Shown here in pieces: positions 4,968 to 12,787 of a stretch of DNA of 18,068 bases. The notes under the pieces were generated by a model. It saw nothing but the letters and a program-made list of their open reading frames with translations, did not search any database and was not told the origin of the DNA. Made by a program: the position numbers and the translations under genes. Every line of letters starts with the position of its first letter. The stretch's first letter is position 1. Source of the stretch: an uncultured Bacilli bacterium (lineage in GTDB: Bacteria > Bacillota_I > Bacilli_A > RF39 > UBA660); contig CAKOMC010000028.1 of assembly GCA_934096535.1 (NCBI GenBank), forward strand, positions 1 to 18,068, given 5' to 3'.

Positions 4968-6995
4968 TTACTGAACAACATATGGATCAGAACTTGTTCC
5001 AATACCGGAAGTTATCAGAGTATCAGATTTCAGATTGATAACTGGGCGGGCACCAAGACTGCCGTTAACACCCCACCAGTTGCTGAGATAACCAGCGCTA
5101 CTCTGACGCCACTCAAAAGCAGCGCCGTACGTCGCATCAAAGTTAGAAGGGGACATGGTCCAATAGTGTTGAGTTGAATAAACCCATGCCAATTTATTTA
5201 CATGATCATAATCCATACCAGCAAATACTAATTCGTCATATGTAACTAAACCAACTGGATATGTTAAAGCTTTATTACCTATACTTGAATCGGTTGTTGT
5301 GTATAAATCTCTCTCTTTGTTTGGACATGTAAATTGAGGACTTTTAGTTTGATATCTTTTAAAAGGTCCAAAATAACTATACACATTAGTGCTTATACCA
5401 TCTCCACCTGTCAAAGTTCTGTCGCCACAGAAACCAACGGCATTTGATACATAGTTACTATATCCTTTATCAACGATATTAGTTTTGTACCAATTATCTA
5501 CAGTTGTTTTAATTGTTGACGATGTTGTGTTTGTATGGACTTCATCAAATGTTGTACCATCCGGATTTCCATACATATATCCGACATAAGCAGGATCATT
5601 ATAATTACTATTAAATTGGTAAGTTCTATTATTAATTGATTGTTTTGTACTAGTTGCATTTTTTTCTGTACCATTATACATCAATCTTATTGAACCATCA
5701 CCATTAATACGAACTATTTGCCAATAGAAACCAGCAAAATATACATTATTATTTTTTATATTGCCACGATAATAATAAGTTGTACCATAATCATCTGTTC
5801 CTTGATACAAGCCCCTATCAGATTTATCGGTTTCCAACTCAGTTTCTGTTAAAGTAATAGCATTTAATTTATAAGTTACACTATCATATGAAACATTATT
5901 CCATGTTGTTTTGCCTGTTGTCTTTGTAGCACCAGTAACCTGATATACAGTTAGACTACCACCACTAGATGAAGTATATAATTTTTGATTTACTTTGTTA
6001 TATTGAATACTTTCAGCTTGAAAATAATATTTTATATCACCGCTATAATCAAGAGTTGTTGGATCAACATATACTGGATTTGACAATGTATATGTAGCAG
6101 TTGCACTATTAAATGACTTCGTTTTAAATAAACGTAACTTTGTATCATTCAATGCCAAGTTGCTAGCCTGCGTTGCTTTATCAACTGTACCAGTATCTTT
6201 ATTATAAGAATTTATAACACTTTCTGCTGGCTTTGTAGATGATACTGTTGTTGTACCACCCGTTTTTTCTACCCATTTTATTACTGGAGCTGTATTAGTT
6301 ACATCAACAGTTTGTTTAGCAGCAATCTTAGTTTTAGCTATAGCAGGTGTTGTTTGATATTCATTAGCTAAAATTGCTTCTCCTAGCTTATTATAACCAG
6401 CAGATACAGGACTGTAATTACCTGGTTCTGATACAATAACTACTTTTGATTTAAAAATTTTATTCATTACATCATCATTAATCGTCGCATCTTCATCCAT
6501 CCAGAAGGATACAGTATAATCAACTGTATCATCAGCGCCCAAATAACCTTCGGCAATTGTCCTTGCCTCAGTTGATCCCGTCATTGTTGTTGTCGCTGTT
6601 TTATATTTATCTAATGTAGTAATTGCATCACTGTTAATCTTAGTAGCAACCCATTTACTATTTAAAGTTGTACCCTCTAACATTTCTAAATTAACATAAT
6701 AATGAGCAAAAATCGAACAACTATTCCTTAAAGTAAAACTAAATGGTTTTAATTTTAACCCTTCAGCATCAGTTATTGGATAAGCATTAGTTAAGTTAAT
6801 TTCATCTTTTTGATCAGTAAGTTCAATATTAAAACATCCCGATGTTGCCGTATTTGCTTTATCAGCAATATAAGTAAAACGCCAATAAGCATAAGAAACC
6901 CCCACAGTTGCAAGCCCAATAATACAGCATGTTAAAACCAACATTAAAACATGATATTTATTAGGTGTATTTTTTTTAATTCTCTTATCATTCAT
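4968..6995 (-). CDS. DGR target (variable) protein: N-terminal membrane anchor/signal, Thr/Ser-rich extracellular region, C-terminal lectin-like variable domain
   Basis: 675-aa ORF. The N-terminus is KYHVLMLVLTCCIIGLATVGVSYAYW, a hydrophobic anchor followed by an AYW motif reminiscent of TasA/camelysin-type signals. The C-terminus is ...HYWTMSPSNFDATYGAAFEWRQSSAGYLSNWWGVNGSLGARPVINLK and contains the VR. The W..S....A...G...ARPV layout resembles the CLec/DUF1566-type DGR variable domains. Confidence 0.85.
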   Translation of the reverse strand: MNDKRIKKNTPNKYHVLMLVLTCCIIGLATVGVSYAYWRFTYIADKANTATSGCFNIELTDQKDEINLTNAYPITDAEGLKLKPFSFTLRNSCSIFAHYYVNLEMLEGTTLNSKWVATKINSDAITTLDKYKTATTTMTGSTEARTIAEGYLGADDTVDYTVSFWMDEDATINDDVMNKIFKSKVVIVSEPGNYSPVSAGYNKLGEAILANEYQTTPAIAKTKIAAKQTVDVTNTAPVIKWVEKTGGTTTVSSTKPAESVINSYNKDTGTVDKATQASNLALNDTKLRLFKTKSFNSATATYTLSNPVYVDPTTLDYSGDIKYYFQAESIQYNKVNQKLYTSSSGGSLTVYQVTGATKTTGKTTWNNVSYDSVTYKLNAITLTETELETDKSDRGLYQGTDDYGTTYYYRGNIKNNNVYFAGFYWQIVRINGDGSIRLMYNGTEKNATSTKQSINNRTYQFNSNYNDPAYVGYMYGNPDGTTFDEVHTNTTSSTIKTTVDNWYKTNIVDKGYSNYVSNAVGFCGDRTLTGGDGISTNVYSYFGPFKRYQTKSPQFTCPNKERDLYTTTDSSIGNKALTYPVGLVTYDELVFAGMDYDHVNKLAWVYSTQHYWTMSPSNFDATYGAAFEWRQSSAGYLSNWWGVNGSLGARPVINLKSDTLITSGIGTSSDPYVVQ
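5043..5155 (-). repeat. DGR variable repeat (VR) with 3' GC-rich IMH-like element
   Basis: 113 nt, collinear with TR4 1810..1922. The - strand reads SPSNFDATYGAAFEWRQSSAGYLSNWWGVNGSLGARP. It ends in GGTGCCCGCCCAG (5043..5055 on +), then diverges from all TRs (TTATCAATCTG versus ATTCCTACTAAG). Confidence 0.9.
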
Positions 6996-7093
6996 AACAC
7001 TTCAATACTCCTCTATTTTATCTATTACTAAAATAACACATAATCTTCAAAAAGTAAATCTTATTTAAAGTAAATTTTCCTTTTAAAAATTTA

Positions 7094-7471
7094 TTATCTT
7101 AAGATATCTAAAATATTTTCTAATTGTTTATTAACTTCTTCTAAACTTAATCTATTTAATTTATATTTTATTAAATCAACTTTTTTATCTATTTCTACTT
7201 GTAATAAACCTTCATTTAAATATTTTTGATAAGTATTATTTTCTTGAAAATCTTTAGATATTTCTAATTCTTTTTTATAATATATTTGATAATTAATCGA
7301 TAATTCTTCTAATTTTTCTATTATTTTATCTATTATAGTACTAGGAAATCCTAATTTATCATTTTTACCCTCTCCTACTAGTTTATAATTAAAAATACTA
7401 TGTAAAATATAAGCATCTTCATTATAACAAGTTATAAATTTTCCATCATTTTTATATAATTTTATAAACAT
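7094..7471 (-). CDS. Small DGR-associated protein resembling MutS mismatch-binding domain I (MSL-type accessory candidate)
   Basis: 125-aa ORF between the RT and the target gene. GKFITCYNEDAYILHSIFNYKL..GKNDKLGFPSTIIDKIIEKLEELSINYQI parallels the MutS N-terminal pattern GDFYELFxxDAxxxSxxLxIxLT....xMxGxPxxxxxxYxxKLxxxGxxVxI. The similarity was judged by eye only. Confidence 0.45.
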   Translation of the reverse strand: MFIKLYKNDGKFITCYNEDAYILHSIFNYKLVGEGKNDKLGFPSTIIDKIIEKLEELSINYQIYYKKELEISKDFQENNTYQKYLNEGLLQVEIDKKVDLIKYKLNRLSLEEVNKQLENILDILR

Positions 7472-7481
7472 ACTCTACTCC

Positions 7482-8681
7482 TTAATCGTAAATAACTATT
7501 ACTTCATCTTTTTTCTTTTTAACTTTCATATCCATTCCTTTAAACCAAGGGTGTTTTCTAATAAATGAACCGCTGCAACAATTACTTAGATAGCCTTTAT
7601 AACTAGCTAAGACACTTGTATAGTTTTCTGGGGGATTCTTTTCTAATTTATTTAGTTTATGGGTTATTCTTCTTTTCGTTTGACTATTAATAAGTACTAA
7701 TAGTTTTTTATTTTTTAAAACAAAACGATATCCTAAGAAATTAAGACCATCTTTCATCGATATTATTTTTGTTTTTTGATTCAATTTTAATTCTTCAGCA
7801 GCTACTTTTTTTCTGATTTCTTCTAAACAATATTTTAGATATTCTCTATCAGGATGCATTAGAATAAAATCATCCATATAACGAATATAGTATTTAATAT
7901 GTAGTTGTTCTTTAATAAAATGGTCTAAGTCATTTAAGTAATAAATAGCAAATAGTTGACTAGTCATATTCCCTATTGGTAAACCTCTTCCTTCTTGATA
8001 ATAAGGAATAGTACTTAGTTCTTCAAACCTTTTTTTCATATAAGGATTATTAGCTTTTCTTAAGATTTCTTTTTCACAATCAACTAATCTTTTTATTTGA
8101 CTATTAGTATTATTTTGATAAGTTGAAGTTAAAATACTCTTAATTGCCTCTATTACTTCTTCATCAGGTAAAATATTACGCAGTTTTTCAATTAATTTTT
8201 CATGACTAATACTATAAAAGTATTTATGAATATCACATTTTAATATATAGAAATTATCATATTTTCTTTTTAAATGATTAATATAGTCTTTGGTGTAAGA
8301 CAGTCCTAATTTAAGACCTTTATCTCTTCTTGTTGCCACATTCATAGGAATAAGTCGTGGTTCAATTAAGGGTAATAAGATATATTCGCTTATTAAATGG
8401 TTAACAACTTTATCAAAGATATTTTCGCTCATTATAATACGATATTTCGGCTCTTTTACTAAGAAAACATTGTAGTTACTATGATGATAAGATTTAGTTT
8501 TTAAGGTTTCATAAATATTTATGATATTACTCATATAATAGGTTTCAAAGTTAACAATTTTACTACGATGTTTGGTTTTTAATCTAACTTCATAATACAT
8601 ATTTTCAATATATGGAATATTTACAATTGAATCATAAAGATTAGTTTTGTTCTTTAGATTCAGAACTTCTGATGATGCCAT
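7482..8681 (-). CDS. DGR-type reverse transcriptase
   Basis: 399-aa ORF. Motif 4, LPIGNMTSQLFA (IGNMTSQ encoded at 7956..7976), carries the [ILV]GxxxSQ signature of DGR RTs. The catalytic YMDD is encoded at 7869..7880, followed by LNFLGYRF. The gene sits directly downstream of avd, overlaps it by 41 nt, and lies upstream of a VR-bearing gene. Confidence 0.92.
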   Translation of the reverse strand: MASSEVLNLKNKTNLYDSIVNIPYIENMYYEVRLKTKHRSKIVNFETYYMSNIINIYETLKTKSYHHSNYNVFLVKEPKYRIIMSENIFDKVVNHLISEYILLPLIEPRLIPMNVATRRDKGLKLGLSYTKDYINHLKRKYDNFYILKCDIHKYFYSISHEKLIEKLRNILPDEEVIEAIKSILTSTYQNNTNSQIKRLVDCEKEILRKANNPYMKKRFEELSTIPYYQEGRGLPIGNMTSQLFAIYYLNDLDHFIKEQLHIKYYIRYMDDFILMHPDREYLKYCLEEIRKKVAAEELKLNQKTKIISMKDGLNFLGYRFVLKNKKLLVLINSQTKRRITHKLNKLEKNPPENYTSVLASYKGYLSNCCSGSFIRKHPWFKGMDMKVKKKKDEVIVIYD

Positions 8682-9012
8682 AGGCTATCTTTCTCGCTTC
8701 TATTATTATATTTGATAAACATTCTAACTGATGGGAACTTATATATTTTTTATGATACAATTCTCTTGCATAATAATCATACATGGATAATTTTACTATG
8801 TAATCATAGAGATGTTTTTCTTTAACACGATTCGTCCTTTGCAAATTGTAAGCAAAGATATTTTCCATCATATCATATTGACATTCTTCAATATGTCTTT
8901 TGAGATTGGAAGCTTTCTTAGGAACATTTGGTAAAAGTCGATTTAGATAAGCTAAAGCCCTCTCCGTTTGGGATAATAATCTAAATTTATTTTCCATTAT
9001 TTGGGTTGTCAA
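8641..9012 (-). CDS. avd: Accessory variability determinant (Avd-like, helical bundle)
   Basis: ~120-aa basic, helix-rich ORF immediately 5' of the RT and overlapping it, which is the canonical Avd position and size. The start is uncertain. The ORF-track start at 9012 is TTG and overlaps a TATAAT box; ATG at 8997 (MENKFRLL..) is the more likely start. Confidence 0.7.
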   Translation of the reverse strand: MTTQIMENKFRLLSQTERALAYLNRLLPNVPKKASNLKRHIEECQYDMMENIFAYNLQRTNRVKEKHLYDYIVKLSMYDYYARELYHKKYISSHQLECLSNIIIEARKIAYGIIRSSESKEQN

Positions 9013-9037
9013 TTATACTCATAGTATCATTGTACCA
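9012..9037 (-). promoter_or_regulatory. Candidate promoter(s) of the avd-RT operon
   Basis: On the - strand there is TGGTACAAT (extended -10, 9029..9037) and TATAAT (9012..9017), just upstream of the avd ATG at 8997. Confidence 0.3.
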
Positions 9038-9100
9038 GATTTTTATCAGATTGGAAGATTTTTTTATTATTATTGATATTAAAAAGGAGTCTAGATTGAT

Positions 9101-9445
9101 TTAGTCTAAACTTCCATTTTTGGATTTTAAGCTTTCTATTTCTTTAATTGATAAGCCAGTTAATTTAGATATTGTTTTTTGCATCTAACCCAGTATTTAA
9201 AGCATTTTTAGTTAAATTTATGGTTGCAGCCTTTAAACCTTTTTTCAATGTCACGCCTCTCAGCTTCTTCCCTAGCTTCTGCAAGTTCCGTATTACGAAT
9301 TAACTCTTTATAGTTATCTTCTTCACCATTTTCAAACAGTCTAATTATTCATCATCATTTGATAATTCTTTGGCTCTTACCACAATTTTTTTAGTTTATT
9401 CTTTACTCATAATTTCTTTTACATTTTTCTTAAATATACTATATA
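9101..9445 (-). pseudogene. Decayed 3' fragment of an Rpn-like gene (tandem partial duplicate of 9466..10440)
   Basis: 9230..9420 aligns with 9610..9800 (..GCTTCTTCCCTNGCTTCTGCAAGTTCCGTATTACGAATTAACTCTTTATAGTTATCTTCTTCACCATTTTCAAACAGTCTAAT..) but has a 1-nt deletion (AATTATTC versus AATGTATTC) and further substitutions. 9110..9180 still encodes ..ISKLTGLSIKEIESLKSKNGSLD*. Only the C-terminal third is present and the frame is broken. Confidence 0.8.
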
Positions 9446-9465
9446 TAAATTCAATTTTAACTGAG

Positions 9466-10440
9466 TTAGCATAAATCATTTATTTCTTTAATGGATAAAC
9501 CTGATGACTCAGAAATAATGTCTATGCTAATGCCCGCTTTTTTTAAATTTTTAGCTATATCTATTGCTTTTATTTTAGAACCCTGAATTATTCCTTTTTC
9601 TATTCCTTTTTTAATTCCTTTTTCAAGACCGCGCTCCTCGGCTTCTTCCCTGGCTTCTGCAAGTTCCGTATTACGAATTAACTCTTTATAGTTATCTTCT
9701 TCACCATTTTCAAACAGTCTAATGTATTCATCATCACTTGATAATTCTTTGGCTCTTGCTACAATTTTTTTAGTTTCTTCTTTACTCATAATTTCATTTA
9801 ACTCTCTTTCTAATACTTTAATATCGCATGTAGTTAAAATCCTACATATTCTTGCCATTTTCTCTTCCTGTTCATTAAAATAAGTATACCGCTTATTTAA
9901 AGCTTTATCTATATTAACATTAATAATTTTAATGCTATCTTCAATAATTTTACCAAAATCAGTTTGAAATATTCCAATTTCAACTAATCGTTCAGATTTA
10001 TGATGATAGGAATTAAAATTTACTACGATAGTGTCGAATATTTTTCTATATGCTCCATTTTTTATTTTCAAATCGCTACTTGCAATTTTATAAGCATAAA
10101 AGGCATTTCTCATTACCATAATATGTGATGAATTCATTTCTAAAATACATTTAGTTTCTTTTTTTCCATTAGGATAAGAAAGTAATAAATCACTTTTACT
10201 ATTGGTATCAATTATTGAATGCTGTGGTAAGTCTTTAGGCAGTAATTTAACTTTGCCTTTAAAATTTTGCTTAGTTGTATCTTCTATGGTGGAAACTATA
10301 TACTCTATTAAAGGCATAGTATCACTGGAAATGAACATCTGGTTAAACATAACATCCCAAGCAAGTGGAAAACTAAAGCCGGTAATGTTATGTTCCTTAT
10401 TGTAATGCCACATCTTTATGATTTTCTGTTTTTCTAGCAT
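9466..10440 (-). CDS. PD-(D/E)XK nuclease-family putative transposase (Rpn / PDDEXK_2-like), right copy
   Basis: 324-aa ORF, homologous along its whole length to 3500..4435. Compare WDVMFNQMFIS / WDVMFEQMFIS, SKSDLLLSY / SKSDIIADY, ILEMNSS / IVEMNSS, and the AKELSSDDEYIRLF..NYKELIRNTELAEA block. AGGAGGGAG lies 7 nt upstream of the ATG. Confidence 0.6.
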   Translation of the reverse strand: MLEKQKIIKMWHYNKEHNITGFSFPLAWDVMFNQMFISSDTMPLIEYIVSTIEDTTKQNFKGKVKLLPKDLPQHSIIDTNSKSDLLLSYPNGKKETKCILEMNSSHIMVMRNAFYAYKIASSDLKIKNGAYRKIFDTIVVNFNSYHHKSERLVEIGIFQTDFGKIIEDSIKIINVNIDKALNKRYTYFNEQEEKMARICRILTTCDIKVLERELNEIMSKEETKKIVARAKELSSDDEYIRLFENGEEDNYKELIRNTELAEAREEAEERGLEKGIKKGIEKGIIQGSKIKAIDIAKNLKKAGISIDIISESSGLSIKEINDLC

Positions 10441-10500
10441 GTCTAAACTCCCTCCTGTTGTAAATAATTATCATATCTTGTCACCTCCTTTTTTAGAAGG

Positions 10501-10617
10501 TTATTATTTACCATCCTAATTATATATATTGGTAAGTGAAGTCTAATTTCCTTTAAAAATTTTAAAAACATACTAAAAAATGCCAAACTTTTTCTAAATT
10601 TGACACTTTTTTGACAT
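10501..10617. repeat. Right arm of inverted repeat: conserved 5' region of the Rpn-like genes
   Basis: The reverse complement matches 3324..3427 (see the left arm). Confidence 0.85.
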
Positions 10618-10661
10618 ATTTTTCTAAAAATAAGAGGTATTAGCTATATTAATAATCTATT

Positions 10662-11888
10662 CTACTTTTTATAATTAATTGTATATTTATTTAATTCTAA
10701 GGTTTTATTTATTTCGCAATATTTAACTGCAACAATAGTATATTTTCCTGAATTATCAGGTAACTTATTATATTCTGTAGTTGTTTCATTAAAAATGAGA
10801 TAATAATCACCATTAATAATGAAAGAATTAAGAGGTAATAACAACTCCATTTGGTTAATTGTTTCAATGTCATTTGTCCAATTCGGATTATTTTCAATTT
10901 CCTTAAGGATTGCCCCATCATCATTACCTTTATAATCAATAATAATATGAGTAACATCACTTTTTTCTTCTTCAACTGCCGAATAACTACTACTTATAAA
11001 CTTACTACTTGGAATCGTAAAACCAATAACATCATTAAATTTATAAATATCTTCATCATTTATGGTTAAAGAAAATGAACCTAAAAATCCAAGAAGAAAA
11101 ATAGCAAGAAAACTAATTACTAAATTTTTATGATTATTACATCTTTTCTCCCAGAGAAAACTTAAAATAAGGGAAATAATAGGAATTGGCAAGAAACACC
11201 AAGCAATCCAGAAATACTTAGTATTAAAAAAGCCAGTACTTGGAAACTTACTAGTTAAATGAATAACTAAATAAAAGGCTGCAAAAATACTTAATAAACT
11301 TAAGCAAAACAAGATATCCATTATCTTTTGCTCTTTTTTATTATATCTATTTATTAAATCAAATTCTTTTTTAAAAGGAAGACCAGAAAACTTACGGTTA
11401 ATAAACTTATTTAAATCACCAGAAATACTTTCTTTTTTTAAAATGATAAACCCTTTATTACTTCTAATTTCTAAGTAAAAATTGTCTTCTGTTTCAATAA
11501 ACTTAACTATATCTTTATAAAATACTTTTCTAGCTTGTAAACTACTACTAGCAATTAAATAATCAATATAAAAATCATACCTATTAGAAATCTTACCTTC
11601 TTCATTGTATTTTCTAAATTTTTTCGTCATTACTTTATCATAATTAATAGTTAAACTTATCAAATTAATAATCTCTAAAATTACTAAAGAAATTAAAAAG
11701 TTAAAAAGACTATGATAATAAGTACCTAGTAGAATACTTACTAAAATAAGAAAAATAGAATTTATTAAAACCTTTAGCCAATATACTTTTGGAAAATACT
11801 TAAGACACAATAAGTAATCACTCGTATTAACCTTCTCTTCTAAGGTATAAATAGCCTTATCTTTAATTTTTAAAATATTATCATTCAT
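10662..11888 (-). CDS. Multi-pass membrane protein with N-terminal YcxB-like region
   Basis: 408-aa ORF. It has two hydrophobic helices after residue ~35, then ..VFYKDIVKFIETEDNFYLEIRSNKGFIILKKE.., which resembles YcxB-family domains. Further TM helices and a C-terminal soluble domain follow. Function unknown. Confidence 0.5.
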   Translation of the reverse strand: MNDNILKIKDKAIYTLEEKVNTSDYLLCLKYFPKVYWLKVLINSIFLILVSILLGTYYHSLFNFLISLVILEIINLISLTINYDKVMTKKFRKYNEEGKISNRYDFYIDYLIASSSLQARKVFYKDIVKFIETEDNFYLEIRSNKGFIILKKESISGDLNKFINRKFSGLPFKKEFDLINRYNKKEQKIMDILFCLSLLSIFAAFYLVIHLTSKFPSTGFFNTKYFWIAWCFLPIPIISLILSFLWEKRCNNHKNLVISFLAIFLLGFLGSFSLTINDEDIYKFNDVIGFTIPSSKFISSSYSAVEEEKSDVTHIIIDYKGNDDGAILKEIENNPNWTNDIETINQMELLLPLNSFIINGDYYLIFNETTTEYNKLPDNSGKYTIVAVKYCEINKTLELNKYTINYKK

Positions 11889-11930
11889 AAACTACACACT
11901 CTTTTCTAAGATATTATTAAGATTATTATA

Positions 11931-11964
11931 GCAAAAAAACTACTTATCAAGGCCAATAAGTAGT
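11931..11964 (-). terminator. Rho-independent terminator after the YihY-family gene
   Basis: 9-bp stem ACTACTTAT (11939..11947) / ATAAGTAGT (11956..11964), followed on the - strand by TTTTTTGC. Confidence 0.6.
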
Positions 11965-11969
11965 TATAA

Positions 11970-12785
11970 TTATTTAATTTTTTTCGTTTCACTTTTCCGA
12001 TAGTTTAGAGCCATTCCTATCACAAAAATATTAGCTAACAAATAAAACCATAACAAGAGAATTACTAAGTTAGCAAGACCACCATAAAAAACAGAATAAT
12101 GAGCATAATGATTGATATAGAATGAATAAATCCAAGTTATAACTAACCACCCAATAGATGTAAAAATTGCCCCATAATTAACATTTTTAGATGGTATTCT
12201 AACATCGGGAGCCATGGCATAAATTATCTTAATAAACAAAAAGATGATAAAAAGGGCAAAAGGACCTTGTAAAAAATCAAATATTTTTTTTAGTTCTTCC
12301 GTAACTTTAGCATTTAAGTTAACATAGGTTACTAGTTCAACTATTTTGTTACCAAATAAAGGGAATATTAAGATAAATAGAAACAAGAAGACAATAAAGA
12401 CGGTCATAACTAGGGCTTTAATTTTACGATAGATATAACCTTTATCCTCAATACCATAAATCATATTAGATGTTATGATGATAGCAGATGCGCCACTAGA
12501 TGCGGTAAAAAAGCCGATAAATAAGGTTACAAAGAAGGAAAACGATAACCCACTTACCGAAACAATAGGGATAATCATTTGACTAATGGTACTCCCAAAA
12601 GCTTTCGTGATAAATTCTTCTATAAAACCAATTGATAGATTTAAACCGGCAGCTCCATACCCAATTAATGTTAAGATAGGAACGATAGAAAGGATAAAAG
12701 AAAAAGCAAGATGTCCAGGCAGAATCAGCATTTCTCTTCTATTAAGCACTTCCCAAAAGTTTTTAATAAACTCTTTTACTTTCAT
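11970..12785 (-). CDS. YihY/BrkB-family (ribonuclease BN-like) integral membrane protein
   Basis: 271-aa ORF. The N-terminal ..REMLILPGHLAFSFILSIVPILTLIGY.. segment and the ~6 TM layout are characteristic of this family. Confidence 0.7.
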   Translation of the reverse strand: MKVKEFIKNFWEVLNRREMLILPGHLAFSFILSIVPILTLIGYGAAGLNLSIGFIEEFITKAFGSTISQMIIPIVSVSGLSFSFFVTLFIGFFTASSGASAIIITSNMIYGIEDKGYIYRKIKALVMTVFIVFLFLFILIFPLFGNKIVELVTYVNLNAKVTEELKKIFDFLQGPFALFIIFLFIKIIYAMAPDVRIPSKNVNYGAIFTSIGWLVITWIYSFYINHYAHYSVFYGGLANLVILLLWFYLLANIFVIGMALNYRKSETKKIK

Positions 12786-12787
12786 TG

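Noticed and set aside
6996-9465. Looked for a conventional TR adjacent to the RT/avd (intergenic 6996..7093, 7472..7481 and 9013..9465)
   Set aside because: None of these intervals contains any sequence resembling the VR or the GGTGCCCGCCCAG motif. 9101..9445 is instead a decayed Rpn-like gene fragment.
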